This document shows positions 1 through 12,778 of a stretch of DNA of 64,000 bases, piece by piece. Position 1 is the stretch's first letter. Every line of letters begins with the position of its first letter. Both the position numbers and the translations under genes were made by a program. The stretch is taken from NCBI RefSeq assembly GCF_001677475.2, contig NZ_CP015229.1; one strand, written 5' to 3'. The notes beneath the pieces were generated by a model. That model did not search any database. It saw nothing but the letters and a program-made list of their open reading frames with translations, and was not told where the DNA came from. This DNA comes from Escherichia coli. Its GTDB lineage: Bacteria; Pseudomonadota; Gammaproteobacteria; Enterobacterales; Enterobacteriaceae.

Positions 1-15
1 GTGTTGTTCCAGTCC

Positions 16-114
16 CTACGGCGCATTGCCGACGACCACCACCACACGCACGACGACCACTGCGGCGGATGGCGCAGTTGGTAGTAGTTTTGCGTTGAGC
101 ATGGAAGTAGTCAT
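16..114 (-). CDS. ivbL: ilvB operon leader peptide (32 aa, MTTSMLNAKLLPTAPSAAVVVVRVVVVVGNAP)
   Basis: Reverse-complement translation gives a 32-aa peptide with the Val/Leu-rich run typical of the ilvB attenuator leader; the + strand ORF 26..391 is its antisense artefact. Confidence 0.8.
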   Translation of the reverse strand: MTTSMLNAKLLPTAPSAAVVVVRVVVVVGNAP

Positions 115-240
115 TGGGGACCTTGTTGGTTTTGTGTTTAACAATATTTATACAAGCACAGCTTTACAGGGGAGACAATGGAAAATTTTTCAGCAAGGGA
201 AAATTGAGGGGTTGATCACGTTTTGTACTGTACTGCAGGT

Positions 241-316
241 AACAAAAAACCCCGCCGGAGCGAGGTTTCGTCAGCCGCCCGCGGCTGGTAACCGCAAAGC
301 ACACTGTATTATGTCA
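241..316 (-). ncRNA. istR: IstR-1 antisense sRNA (antitoxin RNA of the tisAB/istR type I toxin-antitoxin locus)
   Basis: Reverse complement of 241..320 reads GTGTTGACATAATACAGTGTGCTTTGCGGTTACCAGCCGCGGGCGGCTGACGAAACCTCGCTCCGGCGGGGTTTTTTGTT, ending in a GC hairpin plus U-run; it sits divergent from tisB. Exact 5' end not determined. Confidence 0.6.
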
Positions 317-426
317 ACACTGAAAGTATACGTGTTCCGCGCAGAACGCGCAATTTCGGCACGAATTTTGACGTATTTAGGGCATAGTTGAGTATCGATC
401 ACAGTTTGCGTTTTGTCCAAATATTA

Positions 427-442
427 CTGTTTATTTATACAG
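427..442. promoter_or_regulatory. LexA (SOS) box CTGTTTATTTATACAG upstream of tisAB
   Basis: Perfect CTGT-N8-ACAG palindrome in the tisAB promoter region. Confidence 0.6.
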
Positions 443-678
443 TAAACTTCTATAATATCACTGTACGCAATGTGTTATGCGGGGGCCGCATCGTTACCCG
501 GCGCACTAAGTCCTGGCTGAAACGGGTGGTGCCGTCAGCGCCTTAACCCCGCGTGAGCACACTGTGTTATGTCAACAAGCACAACGTTTCTCCTTGAGAT
601 ACCGCGTGCACAACAGCTGGCAACAGGCAGCGGAAAGGTACGTCAGCTGGCAGTGCTCCTGAACCACAGGAGACGCGT

Positions 679-768
679 ATGAGCCTGGTGGATATCGCCA
701 TTCTTATCCTCAAACTCATTGTTGCAGCACTGCAACTGCTTGATGCTGTTCTGAAATACCTGAAGTAA
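679..768 (+). CDS. tisB: Type I toxin TisB (29 aa, MSLVDIAILILKLIVAALQLLDAVLKYLK)
   Basis: Small hydrophobic ORF not in the supplied ORF track (below size cutoff); translated by hand; followed by a terminator. Confidence 0.85.
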   Translation: MSLVDIAILILKLIVAALQLLDAVLKYLK

Positions 769-788
769 TTCAGATTCAAGTCGCACCA

Positions 789-820
789 AAGGGGAGCGGG
801 TAACCGCTCCCCTTTTATAT
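789..820 (+). terminator. Rho-independent terminator after tisB
   Basis: GC-rich hairpin GGGGAGCGGGTAACCGCTCCCC followed by a T-run. Confidence 0.6.
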
Positions 821-1047
821 TTAGCGTGCGGGTTGGTGTCGGATGCGATGCTGACGCATCTTATCCGCCCTACCATCCCTTCCGGCAACATTTATTGCCG
901 CTTTTGTTTACATATTCTGCCGCTAAACAATTCCCCATTCCTGGCGTATATCTGGCTAACATTCATCAATGTGATAGATTCCTCTCCCGCATTTATGGGA
1001 ATGCGTAGTGACTTATTCTAATTATTTTTATAAAAGCATCCGTGATA

Positions 1048-2232
1048 ATGAAAAGGCATAGAAACGTCAATTTGTTATTGATGTTGGTATTACTCGTGGC
1101 CGTCGGTCAGATGGCGCAAACCATTTATATTCCAGCTATTGCCGATATGGCGCGCGATCTCAACGTCCGTGAAGGGGCGGTGCAGAGCGTAATGGGCGCT
1201 TATCTGCTGACTTACGGTGTCTCACAGCTGTTTTATGGCCCGATATCCGACCGCGTGGGTCGCCGACCAGTGATCCTCGTCGGAATGTCCATTTTTATGC
1301 TGGCAACGCTGGTCGCGGTCACGACCTCCAGTTTGACGGTATTGATTGCCGCCAGCGCGATGCAGGGGATGGGCACCGGCGTTGGCGGCGTAATGGCGCG
1401 TACTTTGCCGCGTGATTTATATGAACGGACACAGTTGCGCCATGCTAACAGCCTGTTAAACATGGGGATTCTTGTCAGTCCGTTGCTCGCACCGCTAATC
1501 GGCGGTCTGCTGGATACGATGTGGAACTGGCGCGCCTGTTATCTCTTTTTGTTGGTTCTTTGTGCTGGTGTGACCTTCAGTATGGCCCGCTGGATGCCGG
1601 AAACGCGTCCGGTCGATGCACCGCGCACGCGCCTGCTTACCAGTTATAAAACGCTTTTCGGTAACAGCGGTTTTAACTGTTATTTGCTGATGCTGATTGG
1701 CGGTCTGGCCGGGATTGCCGCCTTTGAAGCCTGCTCCGGCGTGCTGATGGGTGCGGTGTTAGGGTTGAGCAGTATGACGGTCAGTATTTTGTTTATTCTG
1801 CCGATTCCGGCAGCGTTTTTTGGCGCATGGTTTGCCGGACGTCCCAATAAACGCTTCTCCACGTTAATGTGGCAGTCGGTTATCTGCTGCCTGCTGGCTG
1901 GCTTGCTGATGTGGATCCCCGACTGGTTTGGCGTGATGAATGTCTGGACGCTGCTCGTTCCCGCCGCGCTGTTCTTTTTCGGTGCCGGGATGCTGTTTCC
2001 GCTGGCGACCAGCGGCGCGATGGAGCCGTTCCCCTTCCTGGCGGGCACGGCTGGCGCGCTGGTCGGCGGTCTGCAAAACATTGGTTCCGGCGTGCTGGCG
2101 TCGCTCTCTGCGATGTTGCCGCAAACCGGTCAGGGCAGCCTGGGGTTGTTGATGACCTTAATGGGATTGTTGATCGTGCTGTGCTGGCTGCCGCTGGCGA
2201 CGCGGATGTCGCATCAGGGGCAGCCCGTTTAA
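1048..2232 (+). CDS. emrD: MFS multidrug efflux transporter EmrD
   Basis: ORF 1042..2232; protein starts MKRHRNVNLLLMLVLLVAVGQ and is polytopic throughout; start trimmed to the second Met. Confidence 0.9.
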   Translation: MKRHRNVNLLLMLVLLVAVGQMAQTIYIPAIADMARDLNVREGAVQSVMGAYLLTYGVSQLFYGPISDRVGRRPVILVGMSIFMLATLVAVTTSSLTVLIAASAMQGMGTGVGGVMARTLPRDLYERTQLRHANSLLNMGILVSPLLAPLIGGLLDTMWNWRACYLFLLVLCAGVTFSMARWMPETRPVDAPRTRLLTSYKTLFGNSGFNCYLLMLIGGLAGIAAFEACSGVLMGAVLGLSSMTVSILFILPIPAAFFGAWFAGRPNKRFSTLMWQSVICCLLAGLLMWIPDWFGVMNVWTLLVPAALFFFGAGMLFPLATSGAMEPFPFLAGTAGALVGGLQNIGSGVLASLSAMLPQTGQGSLGLLMTLMGLLIVLCWLPLATRMSHQGQPV

Positions 2233-2239
2233 GCTCACG

Positions 2240-2737
2240 TCACCGCAGCATCGTCATCAGCTCCATGGGAGAACGATGCTGCTTTATCAGATCACGCATT
2301 ACCCGCATATGCGGTGCGGAGTAAGAATAAAATGCCTGATAGCCCGCACAAAGCACGTTGTCTGGCGTCTCCTCCCGAGCGTGCGGACACAGCCGATGCC
2401 AGTCGCACGCCTGGCAGTCACGGCGCGATTGCGGGTTTTCGCTGCCACACCATTTTTGTAGGGTGGCGTCAAAAAGCTCAATCGAAATACGACTGATATC
2501 TGCCCGCACCCAACACTCAAACAGGGCAATTAAAAATTTCCCCCACAGCTCTGCTGTCACCGAAGCGGCCGTCATATCGCCCCGGTCATCAAATTCAAGA
2601 TGGGGAATGAGCTGTACGGAGCGGATGCCCCGTTGTTTGAAATTGTGATAAAAATCGGCAGGTTGCAGAGCATCCTTGTACTCTACAACCAGTTTATGCC
2701 TGTCCTCTTCAGCATCAATGACCTGACTTCCTGTCAT
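2240..2737 (-). CDS. yidF: Conserved hypothetical protein YidF (165 aa)
   Basis: ORF in the expected position and length after emrD; Cys-rich. Confidence 0.75.
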   Translation of the reverse strand: MTGSQVIDAEEDRHKLVVEYKDALQPADFYHNFKQRGIRSVQLIPHLEFDDRGDMTAASVTAELWGKFLIALFECWVRADISRISIELFDATLQKWCGSENPQSRRDCQACDWHRLCPHAREETPDNVLCAGYQAFYSYSAPHMRVMRDLIKQHRSPMELMTMLR

Positions 2738-3096
2738 GCGACTCTCTCAATAAATACGATAAGTTGATGTATATGCGTTACAGCAAACAGTATTGCGAGA
2801 GATAACACCGCGAGGGAGATCAAAAATTTGTCACGGACTACGTGAAATTGGGAAAAATCGCTATTCGTGACATCCATTAAATTGCGATTACGGGTGTAGT
2901 GCCAGAGGATCAGCGCCACGATGGCGAGGATGCCAATCGAAATCCAGAATAACATGCCCGCCTGGTGCCAGTTGTGTTTGATAGCCAACGCCATCAACGC
3001 GCCGTAGCCCAGCATGGTACGAAACCACGCCAGTGATGTGCGCTCCGGCTGCAGCCCTGGGTCGGCAATGCGTCTGGCTTTGCGGCTATCCGGCAT
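2734..3096 (-). CDS. yidG: Inner membrane protein YidG (120 aa)
   Basis: Hydrophobic 120-aa ORF overlapping yidF by 4 nt. Confidence 0.75.
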   Translation of the reverse strand: MPDSRKARRIADPGLQPERTSLAWFRTMLGYGALMALAIKHNWHQAGMLFWISIGILAIVALILWHYTRNRNLMDVTNSDFSQFHVVRDKFLISLAVLSLAILFAVTHIHQLIVFIERVA

Positions 3097-3433
3097 ACAA
3101 CACCAGTCCCATAACGATCACCGCCACGACCATCAATATTAAGCTGATGATTAATAAGCTGTTGGTATAGGGCAGGTCCTCTTTCAGACGCATCGCTTTT
3201 TCATTGCGTAACCAGCGCAAGTAGCCATACATCGCTAACCCGCCGGAAAACAGACACAACAACAACGCCAGCAGTTCGCGAATGACGGGCGTGGCGAAAT
3301 CTGGCGCAAGTTGGTCAAGCCCAACCCCCGCCGCCAGAAATCCTAGTGCGGTACGGATCCACGCCAGAAAAGTACGCTCATTAGCCAGCGAGAAGCGGTA
3401 ATCGGGCGCTTCTCCGAGGCGGGAAATTTTCAT
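3086..3433 (-). CDS. yidH: Inner membrane protein YidH (DUF202, 115 aa)
   Basis: Hydrophobic 115-aa ORF overlapping yidG; operon-like arrangement yidHGF. Confidence 0.75.
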   Translation of the reverse strand: MKISRLGEAPDYRFSLANERTFLAWIRTALGFLAAGVGLDQLAPDFATPVIRELLALLLCLFSGGLAMYGYLRWLRNEKAMRLKEDLPYTNSLLIISLILMVVAVIVMGLVLYAG

Positions 3434-3603
3434 TGTTGCTCCTTTGCAATTTCACTAACGCTCTATCTTTAGCGGTTTTTTTTAAGAATTTCGTCCGCCC
3501 GTTTCCTGATATGCTTTTGCCATCCGCTGCAAGGAGGTCAGATGGGTATCATAGCGCAAATTGACATCCTCCACGCCCTGAAGGACGAGGATCCCTGCTA
3601 CGT

Positions 3604-4812
3604 TCAGGCTGTCGCCTGAATCATTTCGGTGGGTTCCTGCTTCAACGAGCGGCCTGACTGCACCATCTCTCCACAGGCAAGAACGGCGTGCCCCGCCGCT
3701 AAAATGTTACGAGCGCCATTTACATCGGCGTTCGCTGTATATCCACATACCTGGCATCTGAATTTACTTTGTGACAGGCGATTTTCTTTCGCTGTATGAC
3801 CACAGCACGCGCAACGCTGGCTTGTGTACGCTGGCGGAACAGCAAGCACCTGACCGCCACTCCAGAGCTGCTTGTACTCAAGCTGGCGGCGCATTTCATA
3901 CCAGCCCTGATCCAGTATCGTACGGTTTAAACCTGATTTTGCCCGGACATTGCGCCCCGGCTGGCTGACCGTACCCGCTGCTGACTTTGACATGTTGCTG
4001 ACCTTCAAATCCTCAATGACTATCATTGCGTGGTTTTTACTGACGGTCGTTGTGACTTTGTGAAGGTAGTCCCTGCGGATATTTGCGATACAGGAATGCA
4101 GTCGCTGTATTTTGCGTTTCTGCTTCTGCCAGTTGTTGCTGAATTTGACCTTGCGGCTTAACTGTCGCTGAAGTCTCGCCAGCGTCTTCTGGTTTTTCTG
4201 AAAACTGTTTACAGGCCCAAAGACTGTGCCATCTGACAGCGTGGCGAGTTTAGCCACGCCAGCATCCAGCCCGACCATTGATGCTGAAGGGTGAACCGGA
4301 GTTGATACTTCACTTTCAGTCTGAATACTGATGTACCACTTACCGCAGGACTGGCTGACAGTGACATTTTTCACAACACCCGTGACCTGACGGCTATTCC
4401 GGTAGCGCATCCAGCCAAGTTTCGGCAGAAAAATACGGCTTTTTTCCTGATCGAGCTTAACGCCCTGCGGGTAGCGGAATGCATCATTCTGTCCCCGCTT
4501 TTTGAATCGGGGAAAAGCAGCCCGCTTCTGGAAGAAGTTTTTGTAAGCCCGCTCAAGGTCTTTCAGTGACTGTTGCAATGGCTGTGAGGGCGAATCTTTA
4601 AGCCATTGCATTTCAGTGGCGTTTTTCCACTCAACCAGCCAGGAAGCCATTTTCCCGTAAGGGATGTATTTATTACCGGCCTCATGATTCTCATTCTGAA
4701 GCGCCAGAGCACGATTGAAAACGAAACGACATGCGCCTGCGAAGCGCCTCATTTCACGCTCCTGTTGGCCACCTGGTCTTAACTGGAATTTAAATGCCTG
4801 TAGTCGTTTCAC
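3604..4812 (-). CDS. tnpB: TnpB (OrfB) of an IS200/IS605-family element, RuvC-like with C-terminal zinc finger; putative RNA-guided nuclease
   Basis: 402 aa; N-terminus [17 protein letters not shown] (the KxYKFRLxP-type start), C-terminal CxxC...CxxC (CACCGH...CQVCGY). Confidence 0.85.
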   Translation of the reverse strand: MKRLQAFKFQLRPGGQQEREMRRFAGACRFVFNRALALQNENHEAGNKYIPYGKMASWLVEWKNATEMQWLKDSPSQPLQQSLKDLERAYKNFFQKRAAFPRFKKRGQNDAFRYPQGVKLDQEKSRIFLPKLGWMRYRNSRQVTGVVKNVTVSQSCGKWYISIQTESEVSTPVHPSASMVGLDAGVAKLATLSDGTVFGPVNSFQKNQKTLARLQRQLSRKVKFSNNWQKQKRKIQRLHSCIANIRRDYLHKVTTTVSKNHAMIVIEDLKVSNMSKSAAGTVSQPGRNVRAKSGLNRTILDQGWYEMRRQLEYKQLWSGGQVLAVPPAYTSQRCACCGHTAKENRLSQSKFRCQVCGYTANADVNGARNILAAGHAVLACGEMVQSGRSLKQEPTEMIQATA

Positions 4813-4882
4813 AGGCCAAATGATACTTTGGTCTGTGAATAAAGAAACCGATATCCGACGGGGAAGGCATTGTGTTTTCCTG

Positions 4883-5251
4883 ATGCATGTTCACCTGGTC
4901 TTTGTCACCAGATACCGACGTCAGATTTTTGACTATGACGCGACAGAAAAACTACGCACTTACTTTTCAAATGTATGTGCTGATTTTGAAGCTGAACTGG
5001 TTGAAATGGATGGCGAACCAGATCACGTCCATTTGTTAATTAACTATCCTCCCAAACTGGCGATATCCAGTCTGGTAAACAGCCTCAAAGGCGTATCGGG
5101 TAGGTTACTGCGACGAGATCGACCAGATATTGCAGTCAGGTATTACTACAAAGGCGTTTTGTGGAGTCCTGGCTATTTTGCCAGTAGCTGCGGAGGTGCG
5201 CCAATATCCGTCATCCGCCAATACATTGAACAAAAGCAAACACCTGGTTAA
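4883..5251 (+). CDS. tnpA: IS200-like Y1 (HuH) transposase TnpA
   Basis: Contains MHVHLVFVTRYRRQ and HVHLLINYPP (HuH motif) and the C-terminal Tyr region; start uncertain (ORF opens at 4715 but that would overlap tnpB; Met at 4883 chosen). Confidence 0.7.
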   Translation: MHVHLVFVTRYRRQIFDYDATEKLRTYFSNVCADFEAELVEMDGEPDHVHLLINYPPKLAISSLVNSLKGVSGRLLRRDRPDIAVRYYYKGVLWSPGYFASSCGGAPISVIRQYIEQKQTPG

Positions 5252-5381
5252 GTGGAAAACCTCGCCTTATATCCCCGCCCTGAAGGACGGGGTTTTACGG
5301 CGCACCGGATAAATTTGGTTATGCGCCGTCAGCCGTGCTGAAGAATAGGGACCAGCACCCAACGGATGCCAGTCCACACAA

Positions 5382-8320
<2,939 letters not shown>

Positions 8321-8615
8321 TTCCACATCCTCTTTTCTCAATTCTGTAAGTAGGAAGCCTGATTGGTTATGCGGCAGGCCTGGAGCGAGGATAGGAAGAT
8401 GCGATCGGCAGAACATGACGACCCAATGGGATTCGTGATCGCTTTCATGCTTTTCGTTGGGCGGTAGAGATCTACGTTTTCGCGAAAAAGTAGACATCTG
8501 TGAGCACTGGTACACAGCATCGAACACATCTTTAAAAAAAAGATGTTTTTTCAATCGATTAAGCAGAACTTGTGGGCGCATTACCCAGGCTTGCAGGCAA
8601 AAAAGAGATCTAGAG

Positions 8616-9332
8616 ATGATCTACAAAAGCATTGCGGAGCGGTTAAGAATTCGACTTAATTCCGCAGATTTCACGCTAAACAGCCTTCTTCCCGGTGAAA
8701 AAAAGCTGGCGGAAGAGTTTGCGGTATCGCGGATGACCATCCGTAAAGCCATTGATCTGCTGGTAGCGTGGGGGCTGGTGGTCCGCCGCCACGGTAGCGG
8801 CACTTACCTGGTGCGCAAAGATGTACTGCATCAAACCGCCAGCCTGACCGGGCTGGTGGAGGTGTTAAAACGCTAGGGAAAAACGGTCACCAGCCAGGTG
8901 CTGATTTTTGAAATCATGCCTGCGCCTCCGGCCATTGCCAGCCAGTTACGGATTCAAATCAACGAGCAGATCTACTTCTCCCGTCGCGTTCGTTTTGTGG
9001 AAGGGAAACCGCTGATGCTGGAAGACAGCTATATGCCGGTAAAACTGTTCCGTAACCTTTCGCTGCAACATCTGGAAGGGTCGAAGTTTGAATATATTGA
9101 ACAAGAGTGCGGGATTCTGATTGGCGGTAATTATGAAAGCCTGACGCCGGTGCTCGCCGATAGACTGCTGGCGCGGCAAATGAAGGTAGCGGAACACACG
9201 CCACTGCTGCGGATCACCTCGTTGTCATATAGCGAGAGCGGGGAGTTTTTGAATTATTCAGTGATGTTCAGAAATGCCAGCGAATACCAGGTGGAGTACC
9301 ATTTACGGCGACTCCACCCGGAAAAGAGTTAA
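8616..9332 (+). pseudogene. yidP: GntR-family transcriptional regulator YidP (HTH + UTRA) interrupted by an in-frame amber codon at 8874..8876
   Basis: N-terminal winged-HTH part (8616..8873) and UTRA-domain part (8877..9332) are in the same frame, separated only by TAG; combined length 238 codons. Confidence 0.7.
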
Positions 9333-10990
9333 CCGATACTCCAGAAGAGCACCGCCAGTAATTGGGGGGTGATAATGCGCAGGAACATCACTAACGGATA
9401 GACAGTGGCGTAAGAGAGCGCCGCCGCACCGCTAGTTGGATGAAGATTATTAGCAAACGCCAGCGCCGGAGGATCGGTCATGGAGCCAGCCAGCATCCCG
9501 CACATGGTCAGGTAATTCATTTTGGCTAACATCCGCGCCAGAATGCCAACAGTAATCAGCGGAACGGCGGTGATCAGGGCACCATAACCAATCCAGCTTA
9601 GCCCTTCGCCATTGACCAGGGTATTCACAAAATCCCCACCAGATTTCAGACCAACGACCGAGAGGAACAGCACGATCCCCAGCTCCCGCAGCGCGAGGTT
9701 GGCACTTGGCGGCATAAACCAGTACAGCTTGCCGATACTGCCGATACGCCCGAGGATCAACGCCATAATCAGCGGACCGCCCGCCAGCCCCAGTTTCAAC
9801 GCGGCCGGGAATCCTGGCACAAAGACGGGAATAGAACCTAACAATACGCCAAGCCCGATGCCAATAAACACTGGCAGCATCTGAACCTGTTGCAGTTTTT
9901 GCTGCGCATTCCCCAGCACATTGGCAACGGCATCAATTGCGGACGGACGCCCCACCAGGTTGAGAATATCGCCGAACTGCAGGCTGATATCGCCACTGGC
10001 GACCAGTTCGACCCCGGCACGGTTCAGGCGCGAGATAACAACGTCATAGCGTTCTTTAAAGTGCAGGTCGCGAATACGTTTTCCGAGCACGTTTTCATTG
10101 GTGACCACCACACGCTCGACGCGCAAATCAGTGCCTTTCGTGGACAGCGAAGTATCGACCTCCTGACCAATCACCAGTTGCGCATTATGTAAATCCGCTG
10201 GCTGCCCCACCAGATGCAGCAAATCGCCCAGTTGTATAATGGTATCTGGCGAAGGTACTTTTAGGGTTTCTTCGCGTTTCAGACGCGAGCAGATAATTTT
10301 GTCGCCGTTGAGAATCGGTACATCTTTAATGGCTAAATCATGCAGGTTAGGGTTCTCAACGCGAATATTGATAGTCCTGATCAGCGCGCCGCCATTGGTG
10401 CGTGAAGACTCGTGCTGCTGGGCTTCTGTCTCGACATTGACGCGGAAAATAACCCGCAACATCCACATGGTGAACAAAATCCCGCAAATGCCGAATGGAT
10501 ACGCCATCGCGTAACTCATCCCCATCTGATCGACCATTTCCATTGGTGTACCCAGGTCGCGCAAGATCTGCTGCCCTGCCCCCAGTGCTGGCGTATTGGT
10601 TACCGCACCGGAGAAAATCCCCAGCACTACCGGCAGTGGAATATCAAACAGTTTATGCAGGATGGCGGTAACCAGACCACCGATGATGACGATCAGAACA
10701 GCAAACAGGTTGAGGCGTAATCCGGAGACGCGCAATGAGGCAAAGAAGCCCGGCCCTACCTGAATCCCGATAGTATAAACGAACAGGATCAGGCCAAATT
10801 CCTGAATAACATGCAGCATATCGCTACTTAATGTCATCCCCGCCTGAGAAACAAAATGGCCGACGATGATCCCACCAAACAGCACGCCGCCAATACCTAA
10901 TCCTATGCCGCGAAATTTGACGTTGCCGATAAACAAACCGACGACTGCCACCAAAGCCAGAATACTGACCGTTAATGCTATATCACTCAT
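9329..10990 (-). CDS. yidE: Putative AAE-family transporter YidE
   Basis: Two hydrophobic halves separated by a soluble TrkA-C-like segment; start set at MSDIALTVS. Confidence 0.85.
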
Positions 10991-11146
10991 CGTCCATTTC
11001 TCTTGAGATAACATTTTAATTGCTACGGATTATGGCTGAATCGGTGAAGCAGATTTGCCTTATAGCGCACATTATCACGGGAAAGAACGTGCCGAAATAT
11101 CTTAAACAGGCGAAATTTAATGCATTGTTAAAGAAGAAAGACAAAA

Positions 11147-11176
11147 AAAGCCCCACCAGAATGGCGGGGCAAAGAG
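11147..11176 (-). terminator. Rho-independent terminator downstream of ibpB
   Basis: Minus-strand hairpin GCCCCGCCATTCTGGTGGGGC followed by a T-run. Confidence 0.6.
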
Positions 11177-11185
11177 AATAGCTAG

Positions 11186-11614
11186 TTAGCTATTTAACGC
11201 GGGACGTTCGCTGATAGCGATACGCTGCGCTGCGATGGGTTCAGGCTCATTACGAATTAAATCAATATGCAGTAAACCGTTTACGAAGGTTGCACCAGAG
11301 ACTTCCATATTTTCAGCCAGCGTAAAGCTCAGGCTAAATGGCTGATTCATAAGCCCTTGATGCAGCCATTTTTTCTCTTCTTTTGGCTGCTCCGGCGTGC
11401 CTTTTACGCTCAGGCGCGTACCTTCCAGTTGAATCTCTAAATCTTCCTGACGAAAACCTGCCAGCGCGAGGGTAATGCGGTAGTGGTTATCGTCGCTTTT
11501 CTCAATGTTGTACGGCGGGAAGCTCTGGCTTTCACCGGCGTTTTGCAGTGCGTTGGCCAGTTTGTCAAAACCGATCCATTGACGCATCAGTGGGGATAAA
11601 TCGAAGTTACGCAT
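11186..11614 (-). CDS. ibpB: Small heat shock protein IbpB
   Basis: Alpha-crystallin family; starts [19 protein letters not shown]; 142 aa. Confidence 0.9.
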
Positions 11615-11725
11615 AGTCATTTCTCCTTCTAAGAAGCGAGTAATTACCTGCAAATCCGAAGATTCGCATATGCTCCCTGACGGCGAGCATGGAGATGCCA
11701 GGCCGCGCCAGGCGGCCTTAGGGAA

Positions 11726-12139
11726 TTAGTTGATTTCGATGCGGCGCGGTTTTTTCGCTTCCGGAATCACGCGTTCGAGATCGATATACAGCAGACCATT
11801 CACCAGGTTAGCACCACGAACATGAATGTTCTCAGCTAACTGGAATTTACGTTCAAAGTTGCGTTCAGCGATGCCCTGGTACAGATAGGTGCGCTCTTTT
11901 TGTTCGTCGGCGTGAGCACCTTTCACCACCAGAAGATTATCCTGGGCGGTAATTTCCAGTTCGCTCTCAGCAAAACCAGCCACAGCGATAGCAATGCGGT
12001 AATGGTTTTCGTCTACCAGTTCAACGTTATACGGAGGGTAGCCGCCATTACTCTGGCTCTGGTTGTTTTCTAAGTGGTTAAACAAACGGTCAAATCCAAT
12101 AGCAGAACGGTAAAGCGGGGATAAATCAAAGTTACGCAT
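11726..12139 (-). CDS. ibpA: Small heat shock protein IbpA
   Basis: Starts [19 protein letters not shown]; paralog of ibpB; 137 aa. Confidence 0.9.
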
Positions 12140-12260
12140 AATCAATAGCTCCTGAAATCAGCGAGAATGTAAGACCTTCCACAATGGACAGGTCAGGTAG
12201 CCAGAACCCCCATCAGGCGCGTCCTCATCGGCTACGATGTAAAAATGGGTCTGGAAATGA
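12140..12260 (-). promoter_or_regulatory. ibpA 5' leader / heat-shock promoter region (sigma-32 promoter and ROSE-like RNA thermometer expected)
   Basis: Position upstream of ibpA; called from known biology of ibpA rather than from a motif resolved here. Confidence 0.4.
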
Positions 12261-12444
12261 ACTTTTCAAGCCTTATCAGCGGACTTTTTTTTGCAGTTTA
12301 TGGTCTATTGCATAGACTGAGGGGGCAGCACGAAACGTTAAAGTGCGATAGCCGCCACAGTGCGACGTAATGATGATGTTATTTTCAGCAAGGGATCGCT
12401 ATAACTCATCAGGCCAACACCCACGATCAACAGATGAATTTATT

Positions 12445-12777
12445 ATGATAAGAAATGTGTTGTTAGCGTTCATGATATGCAGCGGAATGACATTACTCGG
12501 AGGATGCTCCAGCGTGATGTCCCATACCGGGGGGAAAGAAGGAACGTATCCTGGCACCCGCGCCAGCGCCACCATGATTGGCGACGATGAAACCAACTGG
12601 GGCACTAAGTCGCTGGCGATTCTCGATATGCCGTTTACCGCTGTGATGGACACGCTTTTACTGCCGTGGGATGTGTTCCGCAAAGACAGCTCGGTGCGCT
12701 CGCGCGTTGAAAAAAGCGAAGCCAACGCGCAAGCCACCAATGCGGTTATTCCACCCGCCAGAATGCCTGATAACTGA
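12445..12777 (+). CDS. yidQ: Lipoprotein YidQ (DUF1375)
   Basis: Starts MIRNVLLAFMICSGMTLLGGCSS (lipobox LLGGC). Confidence 0.8.
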   Translation: MIRNVLLAFMICSGMTLLGGCSSVMSHTGGKEGTYPGTRASATMIGDDETNWGTKSLAILDMPFTAVMDTLLLPWDVFRKDSSVRSRVEKSEANAQATNAVIPPARMPDN

Positions 12778-12778
12778 T

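Larger units (their letters stand above)
3500..5310. mobile_element. IS200/IS605-family insertion sequence (IS605-type organisation with divergent tnpA and tnpB)
   Basis: Divergent Y1/HuH transposase and TnpB ORFs; the motif CGCCCTGAAGGACG occurs near both ends (about 3573..3590 and 5276..5292) in the same orientation, consistent with subterminal hairpins. Boundaries approximate. Confidence 0.75.

Noticed and set aside
26-391. 121-aa plus-strand ORF (MPTTTTTRTTTT...)
   Set aside because: It is the antisense reading of the ivbL Val-codon run and overlaps the istR sRNA; low-complexity translation with no start context.
4715-4882. Upstream extension of tnpA to the ORF-track start at 4715
   Set aside because: Would overlap the divergent tnpB start (4812) by nearly 100 bp; the HuH transposase N-terminal strand begins near 4883.
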